DNA from: a virus
Taxonomy: Duplodnaviria > Caudoviricetes
IMG/VR virus record: IMGVR_UViG_3300026321_000017
Coordinates: 1 to 27,204 of that record
Reading direction: 5' to 3' (one strand)
DNA: 27,204 nt
The notes under the pieces: generated by a model
Told to the model about the DNA's origin: nothing
The model's input: only the letters and a program-made list of their open reading frames with translations
Databases searched by the model: none
Translations under genes and position numbers: made by a program
Shown: in pieces, positions 7,768-17,321 of the stretch
How positions within the stretch are numbered: the stretch's first letter is position 1
How the letters are laid out: each line of letters begins with the position of its first letter

Positions 7768-8571
7768 TTACACGGTTATCACATTTTCGTAAACACTCTT
7801 TCTGCCCCTGATATATCCAAGAGCCGTTGTCCACCCTGCCCCTTCAACCTGTGAAGTAACCCTTACTGCTGTTCCTCCTGTAGAGCCAATGAAATTTCTC
7901 CTAAGAGTTTGAACTTCTCCATACCCTGTAGGCCATACACTTGCTGTGGAATATCCCGTAATCGTCTGCTGTAAAACACCGCCAATATAAAGTTTCAATG
8001 TTACGTCAACAGTTTGATATGAACTGCTTCCAAATTGATTATTTCCAACAAATCCCCCCGCCACAATAGAAACTATCGAATTATTATCTGAAGCTGTATA
8101 GGTAGCGTTGTACATGTCATTTTCAGCAACATCCCCACTTCCAATGGCTGAAGTAGCAATGGTAGAACAGCCTCCGTCAACTCCTGTACTCAAAACGATT
8201 TGATGTTGATGATTTCCTGCCGCCGCCACAGTTCCTGACGTTCCAAGGCTTCTCAAGGATGCAGTCCCTGCCGCTTGGTCTGATGCCGTTAAATCAATAG
8301 CACTAGAACCATCATAATAAAGAATGTTAGCCCCATTTCTTTGGATAGTTCCTGTGACAGATGGGTTGGCTGATTGGTCTGCAAATTGATACCCTGCAAC
8401 ATTAGAAAAGGACACCCCTGTCAGAGTTGAAGAACCATCTCCTGCCGCTCCAGTATGAGCGTGTTGGTCTAACGCTAACATATTGTCCCTTAACTGTTCA
8501 TTAAGAGAACCACTTCCTGATGCCATTACTATTTGAGCCGTTGACCATGTTGCAGGTGCTGTCCAAGCCAT
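7768..8571 (-). CDS. putative tail fibre/receptor-binding protein
   Basis: Start MAWTAP at 8571 (TAATG coupling); N-terminus paralogous to 8807..9163; HxH motifs. Confidence 0.6.
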   Translation of the reverse strand: MAWTAPATWSTAQIVMASGSGSLNEQLRDNMLALDQHAHTGAAGDGSSTLTGVSFSNVAGYQFADQSANPSVTGTIQRNGANILYYDGSSAIDLTASDQAAGTASLRSLGTSGTVAAAGNHQHQIVLSTGVDGGCSTIATSAIGSGDVAENDMYNATYTASDNNSIVSIVAGGFVGNNQFGSSSYQTVDVTLKLYIGGVLQQTITGYSTASVWPTGYGEVQTLRRNFIGSTGGTAVRVTSQVEGAGWTTALGYIRGRKSVYENVITV

Positions 8572-8798
8572 TACACTATCTCCCATCCTGATAGATTTGA
8601 GTCCCCACCGTTTTTGGCAGTATTGAACTTTGTTTTTGCGTCTATTGAATCCACATTAGTAGCCACAGAAATATTACCGTCTATATCTGCGGAAACACTT
8701 AAATACTCTCCTGTTCCCAATGCTGAAACCTCAGAAGAAAAAAGAGTGTTTCTTACATAGTTTGCAGTTGTATTTATTTCTGTTTCTGTCTTAGCCAT
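8571..8798 (-). CDS. hypothetical virion-associated protein
   Basis: AGGAG RBS; lies in the tail block. Confidence 0.6.
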   Translation of the reverse strand: MAKTETEINTTANYVRNTLFSSEVSALGTGEYLSVSADIDGNISVATNVDSIDAKTKFNTAKNGGDSNLSGWEIV

Positions 8799-8806
8799 AA
8801 CATCTC

Positions 8807-9163
8807 CTAATGAGTATGATTTCCTGCGGCGGCTTGAGTTGCACCTGTTCCCAAGGTTCTTGCACTTGGAATAGCGGCATCAGCATCTGCTGAAAGCTGA
8901 ACAGTAACTCCATTAAAATACCTGACCTCATCTCCCTGTCTTCTAAGTTCTCCAAGTTGAGTCAGTGCTTCCGCATTACTTGCTAGGGTCATATTTGTCT
9001 GACCTGTATAAGTTCCACCAACATCTAAATTGCTGAACCCATCCCCTGATGCTCCTGTGTGCGTATGTTGGTCAAGAGCAAGGAAATTGTCCCTGATTTG
9101 CTCATTTAACATTGCCGCAGTTACAACAGTTTCATCCCAAGTTTTCGGAGCAGTCCAAGCCAT
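8807..9163 (-). CDS. short tail-fibre-like protein, paralog of the 7768..8571 N-terminus
   Basis: MAWTAP..LNEQIRDN.LALDQH.HTG shared with 7768..8571. Confidence 0.65.
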   Translation of the reverse strand: MAWTAPKTWDETVVTAAMLNEQIRDNFLALDQHTHTGASGDGFSNLDVGGTYTGQTNMTLASNAEALTQLGELRRQGDEVRYFNGVTVQLSADADAAIPSARTLGTGATQAAAGNHTH

Positions 9164-9172
9164 CTGTTTCTC

Positions 9173-10756
9173 CTAATATGCAGGAACGGTTGTGGTATCT
9201 AGCTTACCAGTATCTAATTTCCAAAACTGAGTATATCCCGAATCAGCAGGGCTTAGTTTCCAAGTTACCATATGAACTTGACCGCCATTTGTTACTGAAT
9301 GATTGACTTCCTCTATGAAGAAATCCTGAGACACTCCCAGTTCTGCATTCCCTGTTGCGACTAAGGTTATTCGGTCTGATATGTCTAATTCTAAAGCGGC
9401 ATCCATATTATTCTGAGAGACATTTGCGTTAAATGTCATTGTCATAATATTGATTGGGGTCGAATACATCTGAATCTGATAATTGCACCAACTCTGAGCA
9501 ATTGCCAAAGATGGGAAAAAAGGAGTATCAGCGGTGAATTTTCTTTCCCCATATTTCGCAACACTTGCACTATCGCTTTGAGTTACCAATGTCGTATCTT
9601 TTAATTTGATTGGAGTTCCTCTAGCCTTTAACGTAGTCAACCAAACTTGGGCAGGCAATCCTGTTGTTGCGTCAACATAATTATTCGTTACAGCTATCCT
9701 CATTTGATTGGAATCTTTTGTCTGGGTGATTCCCATACTACTAGAGGCATTTGTTCCCCCACCTGTGTAGGCAGTATTGGCAATAATATCTGCCCCTGCT
9801 ACTGGAGTGAGCCAAGCATCAACTCCAACCGCTTCGGGGTCTGACGAATTATTGGGATACTCTGCAATAAATATCTTTGTTTCTGCGGGCATCAAAGAAG
9901 GACTGTCAACACCAGTTTCGGGGTATGTCCACAGGTCAGGCTGACCTGTTATCAGATAAGCTGTGTAGTTAGCATCAAATCTATTAATAACGGTTTCTAT
10001 AGGGTCTTTCTGCTCAAGTTGAAGGTAAGTATGGGTTGCACTTGAAGAATCGCTAAATGTAGCTTGAGAGGTGGTGTATGGGGCAGAAAGCCTAGTATTT
10101 CTTGATTCAAAAGCTATATACCCATTAGCTTTTTCTTTTACAAAGCCATTCTCCGTTTCTTCAATAATTCTCAGGGCTGTAATTGTGTTTAATGAATCAG
10201 TCCACCATCTTGTCATTGTTGTCTGCCCTTCTGCCAGTTCCCTTTCGGCTAAAGGCCACCCTGCATCATCAAGAATTACTCCAATAGCTTCATCAGTTCT
10301 GATGTCCTCTTCCATAGAGGAAATCGGAATCAAATCATTGATATATCCCAATGGGCCAACTGCTGTTAAAACGGCTCTGTTTAACCCTGTCCCTGACGGT
10401 TCGGGTTTTATTGATTCCAGTTTTCCAGTCCATACTGGAATTGCTTCTGTAGAAAAATCAAAAGGAAATGTATAAGGAAAAGCACTTGATGCCCCACGAC
10501 CAAACCTAATGGGTCTACCAACCTCAAGGTTTCCTGCTAAAACAGAAGAGGAATTTGACGGTGAATATTTACCGCCTTCATTATTTAAATAAGCAGTTAA
10601 TTTTCCTGCCGTAGAGTTTCCTGAGACTTGAGATGCGTAATCCCTTCCCCTACGAAACTGGACTTCAAAGGTGTCAGTAGAGATATCATCATATGTCCCT
10701 AAAAAACTACCGCTGTTATCCCAATCAACTACTAACTGGTAGGTTGTCGTTACCAT
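9173..10756 (-). CDS. minor tail (hub/baseplate-like) protein
   Basis: 527 aa in the tail block; FPYTFP, SVAKYGER and LELDISDRIT motifs typical of siphovirus tail-tip proteins. Confidence 0.7.
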   Translation of the reverse strand: MVTTTYQLVVDWDNSGSFLGTYDDISTDTFEVQFRRGRDYASQVSGNSTAGKLTAYLNNEGGKYSPSNSSSVLAGNLEVGRPIRFGRGASSAFPYTFPFDFSTEAIPVWTGKLESIKPEPSGTGLNRAVLTAVGPLGYINDLIPISSMEEDIRTDEAIGVILDDAGWPLAERELAEGQTTMTRWWTDSLNTITALRIIEETENGFVKEKANGYIAFESRNTRLSAPYTTSQATFSDSSSATHTYLQLEQKDPIETVINRFDANYTAYLITGQPDLWTYPETGVDSPSLMPAETKIFIAEYPNNSSDPEAVGVDAWLTPVAGADIIANTAYTGGGTNASSSMGITQTKDSNQMRIAVTNNYVDATTGLPAQVWLTTLKARGTPIKLKDTTLVTQSDSASVAKYGERKFTADTPFFPSLAIAQSWCNYQIQMYSTPINIMTMTFNANVSQNNMDAALELDISDRITLVATGNAELGVSQDFFIEEVNHSVTNGGQVHMVTWKLSPADSGYTQFWKLDTGKLDTTTVPAY

Positions 10757-10907
10757 CAATTTCCTCTGGAATTTCTATTCCATTATTTTGAAGAAGTTCT
10801 TTTAGGGTGTTAGCCTCACGTTCTGCAACTATTCTTCTGAGTTGCTCACTAGCAACAGGATTTTCTCTTGTCAGTCTTTCGATATCTTCTTGAATAATGT
10901 TTCCCAT
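10725..10907 (-). CDS. hypothetical coiled-coil protein
   Basis: 60 aa with AAGGA RBS. Confidence 0.55.
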   Translation of the reverse strand: MGNIIQEDIERLTRENPVASEQLRRIVAEREANTLKELLQNNGIEIPEEIDGNDNLPVSS

Positions 10908-10916
10908 TTAATTTCC

Positions 10917-11519
10917 TTATGATGGTTTTCCTGCAGGGTCAGCTATGATTAGTTCTTCCCTGATATAACCACCATATTGCATATGCCCTTCATGGGTTCT
11001 TATGGTCAGCCTTCCTGCTGTAATTAGTGTGTTCACGCCTTCCCGAGTAACCTTGTTTGGGTCAGGAGCAACAGGAGGGTCAGCAGATGGCAATCCCTCA
11101 TCCTCTTTCAAATCTTCAATGGGAGTCCATCCACCTTGCACTCCAACAATCATTCTTTGAGAATTTAATAAAATTTTAAAATCATTGTGAATCCAATTGT
11201 CATCTATATCTACGACATGCCCCTTTAATCTAAGAGCAGAAATTTCTTCATCAGCAACTTCAATTGCATCCAAATCAACTGTCATGACTCTGTACATAGG
11301 GCGATTGGTCGTTGGGTGTTTTTGAACAACTTTGGTTAATGGGTCTTGTAGTAATGTTGTCCCTTGGTCTAAATCGACCTTGGTTAAATCGGTTGATGGA
11401 TATTTATCATCCATAGTTGTGAAGTAATTATTACAAAACTCATTCCACTTGGTTTCAATTGCCTTACATTGAGCCAACGTTGGACTCGTATTGTCAGTAT
11501 AGTTACAGCATTTCGCCAT
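10917..11519 (-). CDS. hypothetical protein
   Basis: 200 aa with GGGGAG RBS. Confidence 0.65.
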   Translation of the reverse strand: MAKCCNYTDNTSPTLAQCKAIETKWNEFCNNYFTTMDDKYPSTDLTKVDLDQGTTLLQDPLTKVVQKHPTTNRPMYRVMTVDLDAIEVADEEISALRLKGHVVDIDDNWIHNDFKILLNSQRMIVGVQGGWTPIEDLKEDEGLPSADPPVAPDPNKVTREGVNTLITAGRLTIRTHEGHMQYGGYIREELIIADPAGKPS

Positions 11520-11531
11520 GACTCCCCCTTT

Positions 11532-11900
11532 TTAATCTTTTGTTATAAATCCACCCATGTTGTAAGCAGGGGAGTAAGTCCCTGTATAACTAACATCTAT
11601 GTAATAGGTATTATTTATAGGAATTGCAACATTTTCAGATTCTGATGTTGTGGCTGAACCGTGGTATTCACTTTTCATGCTTGGTTTTAATTGATAACTA
11701 TTTCCATATCCATAATAAGTTCCTGCCACAATGCCATAAGCACTTCCCGAAGTAGAACTTGATACATGGTATGCGTACCCGTAATTAGTAGTTCCAAGAG
11801 GATACGTACACGCTGATTTAATAACGACCTCAACCCCTGATGATGGTCGAATGGTTGCACTACCTACCCCGAACATTATCCATTGGTCACCTACTGCCAT
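11532..11900 (-). CDS. hypothetical virion protein
   Basis: 122 aa, Tyr/Gly/Ser-rich, AGGAG RBS. Confidence 0.65.
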   Translation of the reverse strand: MAVGDQWIMFGVGSATIRPSSGVEVVIKSACTYPLGTTNYGYAYHVSSSTSGSAYGIVAGTYYGYGNSYQLKPSMKSEYHGSATTSESENVAIPINNTYYIDVSYTGTYSPAYNMGGFITKD

Positions 11901-11923
11901 TTTAAAATCTCCTGTTCACTAAT

Positions 11924-12820
11924 TTATATACCCACAAAATCTGCCCACGACAAACCACCTCCTGACGCAGTTGCCCATGAAGGAGCTACTCCTGCACCTC
12001 CCGAAGTTAGAACCTGTCCTGATGTTCCATAATTTGCACCACCGATACCAAGTTCACCCTGAGAAGTAAATCGGAATTTCTCTGTTGCCGCTTCCGTGTG
12101 TCCTGTTGAAAAAATAAGGTCTGTCTCGTTATTAGATGAACTAAAAGTAGCCTGTGCGATTGCCTCAATCTTTGCAGATACCAAAACCGCATCCCCCCCA
12201 CCCGCTTCAAGAGGTGCTTGCCAACTGATTTTACCAATAACATCAAGGGCGTTAACATCTGTCAGAGCCGTTGTTAGAAGTAACTTTCCTGTACTTGTTA
12301 CGGCATCTGCTGATGCTCCTCTTAATTCCAACTGGTCTGAGGCTTCAGTCCATTCAAAATATGCCCCTGCGGATGCTCCAAAGAATTTAACATTGTGACC
12401 TGTATCGTCAACACCAACCGTTATAGTTCCCAAGACTGTCAAACCACCACTTGCCAAGGTCATCAAATCTGTGTCAGAAGTATGTCCTATATAAACGTCA
12501 TTGATTATTACATTATCAACCGTGAGCGTGGTCAAAGTTCCTACTGTTGTGAGAGATGATGAGACAACATTAGATGCAAGAGTTGTTCCAGTTAAATCAG
12601 CCGCCGACACTCCTGCGGTAGCCGCCCATGAAGGAATTCCACCTGCCAAAGTTAATACATGACCATTAGAACCAACCCCAAGCCTTGATAATTGGGTTGC
12701 GGATGAGGCATAAATAATATCCCCTGTAGCTTGGGAATCAATGACATGACCACCGATTGCCTCATACTCTGACTGAGATAAAGATGTTCCAACTGATGCG
12801 TGTTTAAATTCGTTTGCCAT
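11924..12820 (-). CDS. tail fibre-like structural protein
   Basis: Gly/Thr/Ser-rich; repeated G..GxVLT..GG..PSWA motif; follows the tape measure gene. Confidence 0.6.
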   Translation of the reverse strand: MANEFKHASVGTSLSQSEYEAIGGHVIDSQATGDIIYASSATQLSRLGVGSNGHVLTLAGGIPSWAATAGVSAADLTGTTLASNVVSSSLTTVGTLTTLTVDNVIINDVYIGHTSDTDLMTLASGGLTVLGTITVGVDDTGHNVKFFGASAGAYFEWTEASDQLELRGASADAVTSTGKLLLTTALTDVNALDVIGKISWQAPLEAGGGDAVLVSAKIEAIAQATFSSSNNETDLIFSTGHTEAATEKFRFTSQGELGIGGANYGTSGQVLTSGGAGVAPSWATASGGGLSWADFVGI

Positions 12821-14760
12821 TAGTTAATAATCCTTTGGAATCCACCTCTTCTGACTCCATCTTTAATTGCTTCAGCTACCTTGTTTTCAAAATCGTCAAA
12901 GCCGTAAGTTGCACCCATTATATTAATAGTTATATTGGCTCCCATGCCACCACCGCCTTGTCCTAATGGTACAACAGCCTCTGGGCCTGATTCACCAATC
13001 ATGGCAAGAGTTGGACTTCTCACAATCCCACCTTCTGCAAGTCTTGGGATTTCGGGTAAGTTAAATCCGAAAGAACCCCCACCAAGCCAATCGGGTAAAT
13101 CAAAACTTATAGTATTGGCTAATCTCACAATTGAATTAATCATTTCAACTACACCGTTAACAATGGCTTTAAATCCAGAAATAATTAAATCTGTGTCTCC
13201 TGTGAATATCCCAACAATTACATCCCACATCCCCCCAAGTGCTTCAACAAGTCCTGAGAAATATCCTTTAACTGCTTCAACTACGTTGCCAATAATTTCT
13301 TTAAACTTGTCCCACTTATCTCCAAGTAGCTTTGTCATCAGTTCATCAAACTTATTCCAAACAAATCCAAAAAAGGTTGAGAACACTCCTTTAAGTGCAT
13401 CCCAAGCACCTTTGAAATGTTCTATTGCTCCATCTGTATCACCTTTGAATAAAGCAACGAACCCTTTAATGATTTCAGACCAAAACTCGATTACCCCACT
13501 AACCACATCTTTAATCATTTGCCAAGTTCCTGCGAAATGACCTGACATCCAATTATCAAGTTTTTCCCACGTTTCCCAAAACACCCGAACAATTGTGTCC
13601 CAATTCTTCCATATGAGAATTGCCGCCGTTACTGCCGCAACGATTCCAAGAATAATTAATGCAACAGGGTTCGCAGACATTACCGCATTAAATGCTAATT
13701 GCATTCCTGTCCATATTTTTGTTGCCGCTGATGCAACCATAGTAGAACTTGCTAATGCAGATACCCCGCCAATAAAAGCAGGGAGCATAACAACAAATGG
13801 CCCTGCGGCAGATGCCATTCCCGCAAGTGGCTCTAAGGCAAGTTTTGCCTTATCTTTCATCATGTCGAATCTTTCCCCTGCCGTAAGGGAACCTTCATTC
13901 ATTTCCGTTAAAACGCCAGAGGCGGCTTCAAGTGAATCTGCCATTGCGTCAATGTCAACAGCACCTTCTTGTATGGCAACCTTCATTCTCTGTGCCCCTT
14001 CAGCACCGAATAAATCAGTTGCCAAATTTAATGCTTCTGTCTCAGAAGTAGCGTTTTTAATGTCCTCCATACCTTCAAAGAGTGCTTGTCGTAAATCGGT
14101 CACCCCTGACTCTGCCAAACGCCTCATAGATGCGTTAATTCCGGGCATTACTCTTGTAATTGAGATACCTGCACCCTCTAATTGAGAGAACATGGCTGTT
14201 GCTTCATGGAAGTTTAATCCAAGGTTCTTCATTACAGGCCCAAACTCTCTCATGGTGGAGGAAAGTTGCTCCATTGGAACGCCTGTATCTTGTGATGCCA
14301 TGGCAAGAGCATCAAGCACTTGCCCTGTCTCAGAAACATCTACACCAAACACTCCCATAGAATCAGAAACAGTTTTTATCATGGGTTCTACTTCAGTCCC
14401 CATGAGTCGTGACATATCAAGGAATTTCTTGGTTGTGTTTTCTAAATCATCTCCAGTTAATCCCATCTTGGTACTAACGTCAGCGATAGCAGTAGAAACT
14501 GCATCCATATCTTGAGGAACTCTGCCTGCTAGGTCACGGAACTCTTGTTTTAATCCTTCAAGTTCTGCACCAGTTGCACCAGTTCCTGCCCTTATATTGT
14601 TATAAGATTTTGTGAAGTCATCTCCGATTTTGACAAGAGCAAGTCCAACACCTGCAACAGCAAGACTAACCCCTGCTACTGCTTTGCTTACTTTTTGGAA
14701 TTGGCCTGTTGCCTTACTTCCATCAGCGTTAACTAATATATTTACTGCATTAGCCGCCAT
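12820..14760 (-). CDS. tail tape measure protein
   Basis: 646 aa, Ala/Gly-rich helical sequence, periodic W/F repeats, LAEGGIV..PTLAMIGESGPEAVVPL motif. Confidence 0.9.
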   Translation of the reverse strand: MAANAVNILVNADGSKATGQFQKVSKAVAGVSLAVAGVGLALVKIGDDFTKSYNNIRAGTGATGAELEGLKQEFRDLAGRVPQDMDAVSTAIADVSTKMGLTGDDLENTTKKFLDMSRLMGTEVEPMIKTVSDSMGVFGVDVSETGQVLDALAMASQDTGVPMEQLSSTMREFGPVMKNLGLNFHEATAMFSQLEGAGISITRVMPGINASMRRLAESGVTDLRQALFEGMEDIKNATSETEALNLATDLFGAEGAQRMKVAIQEGAVDIDAMADSLEAASGVLTEMNEGSLTAGERFDMMKDKAKLALEPLAGMASAAGPFVVMLPAFIGGVSALASSTMVASAATKIWTGMQLAFNAVMSANPVALIILGIVAAVTAAILIWKNWDTIVRVFWETWEKLDNWMSGHFAGTWQMIKDVVSGVIEFWSEIIKGFVALFKGDTDGAIEHFKGAWDALKGVFSTFFGFVWNKFDELMTKLLGDKWDKFKEIIGNVVEAVKGYFSGLVEALGGMWDVIVGIFTGDTDLIISGFKAIVNGVVEMINSIVRLANTISFDLPDWLGGGSFGFNLPEIPRLAEGGIVRSPTLAMIGESGPEAVVPLGQGGGGMGANITINIMGATYGFDDFENKVAEAIKDGVRRGGFQRIIN

Positions 14761-14977
14761 TCTTATCCTTGTCTAATCCGATATTCACTATGTTCAACAT
14801 TTTCAACAGGCTGACATCCTCTCCCATTAGGGAAGACGGCAAACAACTGTATCTTTGACAGATACCGTCAATCATTTCTGCATTAACCAAAAGAGGTGGC
14901 TTAACAATAGGATTCCCATCCCTGTCAGTCCCACCTCCTACGGCTTTCCACTTGAGAATTTCAGCCTCTAGCCTTCC
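14750..14977 (-). CDS. -1 frameshift extension of the tail assembly chaperone (gpGT-like)
   Basis: -1 frame is open from GGGGGAA (14974-14980) to TAA at 14750: GRLEAEILKW...ICQRYSCLPSSLMGED...NGG*. Confidence 0.75.
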   Translation of the reverse strand, partial: GRLEAEILKWKAVGGGTDRDGNPIVKPPLLVNAEMIDGICQRYSCLPSSLMGEDVSLLKMLNIVNIGLDKDKNGG

Positions 14978-15321
14978 CCCACAGTTGCCGCATTTTCAGC
15001 CCATGATTGAATCATGGCTGTGCAGATATTGGGAGGCAGTTCCAAGAAGCCGTTTCCAGTAGCAGGTACAGGTTTGCCATCCTCATCATGTAAATTCCAC
15101 TCTTGGACAATCTCATCACCAAACTTTAAGAACATCATTTTCATGTCCTCTGCTGTATTGGTTTCTGAAACTGTTTGAAACTCCAAGAAAGTAGAAATAT
15201 TTACATCAAGTTTCACCCTGATTTCCAAACCGTGATATTCATGGTTTTCTGGAAACGTGAGATTGGCTTCCCTGCGTTGCAGGACAAACGGTTTTGTTCC
15301 TGTAGTATTCTTAACCACCAT
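14968..15321 (-). CDS. tail assembly chaperone (gpG-like), 117 aa
   Basis: TAATG overlap with the upstream gene; EWNLHDEDGKPVP motif; located between tail tube and tape measure genes. Confidence 0.75.
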   Translation of the reverse strand: MVVKNTTGTKPFVLQRREANLTFPENHEYHGLEIRVKLDVNISTFLEFQTVSETNTAEDMKMMFLKFGDEIVQEWNLHDEDGKPVPATGNGFLELPPNICTAMIQSWAENAATVGEG

Positions 15322-15740
15322 TATGATGCTGTACCCCAAGTTGGTACTGTTCCATCTTGCAGAGGCAGAGTGACAGACCAAGTTAATGCTCCGTCATTTC
15401 CCCTTGAAAGATTGTACTCACCAACAAGACATTCAGCCTCAAGTTCAGGGTATCCAGTAGTATTTCCACCAATTGCTATAGTCACTGTCCTAGTACCTGA
15501 TTTTGTCTTAAAGACATCATGAGCCATATTGGATGCGGCATCAAAGACACCACTCAGGGAAATAGTTAAATCCCCCAATCCAATAATTCTTTCCATAGCA
15601 GACTTGCTGATAGAAGTTGCGTCCAAGAGATTTTGGCTATTCCCAATTTCATAATTGGTTATATCCGTAGATAAATCTCTAGGCGTTCCTGCACTATCAT
15701 CAACCGCTATGTAATCACCTAATCCGCTTTGTTTAGCCAT
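15321..15740 (-). CDS. tail tube (major tail) protein
   Basis: 139 aa, beta-rich tube-like pattern; GGAGG RBS; precedes the chaperone. Confidence 0.7.
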   Translation of the reverse strand: MAKQSGLGDYIAVDDSAGTPRDLSTDITNYEIGNSQNLLDATSISKSAMERIIGLGDLTISLSGVFDAASNMAHDVFKTKSGTRTVTIAIGGNTTGYPELEAECLVGEYNLSRGNDGALTWSVTLPLQDGTVPTWGTAS

Positions 15741-15750
15741 TATGACCTCC

Positions 15751-16479
15751 TTAGAATCTAGCGAATCCTACTGCGATAACCGCATTAGTAAATGTTCCTG
15801 ATGAAGACACCCTCACATATCTATTGACTGTTCCTGTGACTTCACTTCTTTCCGCTGTTGGAACATCTGATGTTCCAATAGTTGAAAACGTAATTAAATC
15901 TGCCCATGTTACGTTGTCTGAACTGTGTTCAATCTTTACAACAACGCTTCCAGACCCAAGGGAAAGGAAATGGGCGTATCCTGCTCCCCCTGATGCTGAC
16001 GAGGCTGAATTATCAATGGCTGTTCCGTCAGTTGCAGATGAATGAGTATCATCAAATGCTGTGAGCATTTCACCGAACTCTCCACCAACTCCTGCCGTTC
16101 CTGAAAAACTAGCATTGGAAGTTATGGCTGACCCTGTTGAACCAGTTACATTGTAATCAGCTTCTTTGGCAATCAACCCTGCAAAATCAGAGCCAACAGC
16201 AGAGCCTAACGGAGCAGTAACGATTTGATTAGCTGTAGGAAGTTTTCCTGAGTTTGATGTAAAGGTTGAGTGAGACAAATTAGTTCCCGCATCAAAATAA
16301 CAGTTAATTGATAGGCTTCCATCTGACCTTCCTGTTATCCTTTTTGTTGCAAGGGTGTTCAAAGGAGTCACATCAAGAGTTTCCTGAGAATAACCCATTC
16401 CGTCCAGAGCATTAGCGTCACCGCTAATATCCCTACCCTGCACAAAGCACCTAACGTTTAATCCACTAACTTTTGCCAT
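15751..16479 (-). CDS. second tail-tube-like protein with C-terminal extension
   Basis: N-terminus resembles 15321..15740 (MAKxSGL..RD.S...LD.T....RI.G..D...S.S/N..FDA). Confidence 0.6.
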   Translation of the reverse strand: MAKVSGLNVRCFVQGRDISGDANALDGMGYSQETLDVTPLNTLATKRITGRSDGSLSINCYFDAGTNLSHSTFTSNSGKLPTANQIVTAPLGSAVGSDFAGLIAKEADYNVTGSTGSAITSNASFSGTAGVGGEFGEMLTAFDDTHSSATDGTAIDNSASSASGGAGYAHFLSLGSGSVVVKIEHSSDNVTWADLITFSTIGTSDVPTAERSEVTGTVNRYVRVSSSGTFTNAVIAVGFARF

Positions 16480-16488
16480 CTTGTTCTC

Positions 16489-16923
16489 CTATGGAGTAAT
16501 TGTAACTTCACCCATAATTTGTACCGATAACGGAATATCCAAAGTCCTGTAGGCCACTCCTCCAATATCTGTATATCCTGTTGAAGCACTTCCTATTTCT
16601 ATATTATCCGCATTGCCATTTAAGTCAGAATCACCACGCAATGCACTGTCTATATTTACAATCGCATCCCATACTTCTAACTCCACATCTTCTCTAATGT
16701 CTCTTGATATTTGCAGTCTCCAATATGCCCTGATTGTAAACTCTGTCAAAGATGATGAGTCTGCCAGTGTCAGAAAGTCAACTTCACGATTGGATAACCA
16801 GAACGCCACTGAGGGAGTCTGGGAAATCATCATTGGCTCTCCTCTCAGAACCGCCCCAAAGGTTGGGTTGGTCACTGATGCCAACAGAGTATCAATTCTA
16901 TCTATAACTCCTGACCTGCTCAA
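16489..16923 (-). CDS. tail terminator/completion protein
   Basis: Position, 144-aa size and ALRGDSDLNG motif. Confidence 0.6.
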   Translation of the reverse strand: MSRSGVIDRIDTLLASVTNPTFGAVLRGEPMMISQTPSVAFWLSNREVDFLTLADSSSLTEFTIRAYWRLQISRDIREDVELEVWDAIVNIDSALRGDSDLNGNADNIEIGSASTGYTDIGGVAYRTLDIPLSVQIMGEVTITP

Positions 16924-17321
16924 TTTAATTCCTTACTAACGTGATGTTCCATAATTTCTTTTACTTCTTTTGGTTGTCTTTGCAACCACTGGAAGACTTT
17001 CCAGAACATCTTATACCCTTTGAACCTGCTCCTCTTATTTCTTGATGAAACACCTTCCACCCAAGAGGCATAAACAACATTCTTTCCTTTCATCAATGCC
17101 CCTGCATCTATCTGTCCATGGAAATTCTTAACAAGCCCTCCATTGATAGAGCCTTTTAAATATCCAGTGACAAAACCATGTCCTCTGTATAACTGCTCCC
17201 TTACTTTCCCTGCCCCCAGAACAGATATGTCCAGAATTGATTCATTCAATGCTCTAGCAAACCGTTCATTTCGGTGGTCAAAGAAATTTCCCTGAGTTTC
17301 CACAATGGTTTTGCTTCTCAT
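16920..17321 (-). CDS. HK97 gp10-like tail completion protein
   Basis: TGYLKGSI...YASWVEG pattern; basic. Confidence 0.6.
   Translation of the reverse strand: MRSKTIVETQGNFFDHRNERFARALNESILDISVLGAGKVREQLYRGHGFVTGYLKGSINGGLVKNFHGQIDAGALMKGKNVVYASWVEGVSSRNKRSRFKGYKMFWKVFQWLQRQPKEVKEIMEHHVSKELN

Noticed and set aside
7768-9163. Diversity-generating retroelement template/variable repeat pair
   Set aside because: No reverse transcriptase is present; the similarity is at N-termini at the protein level and is not adenine-specific.
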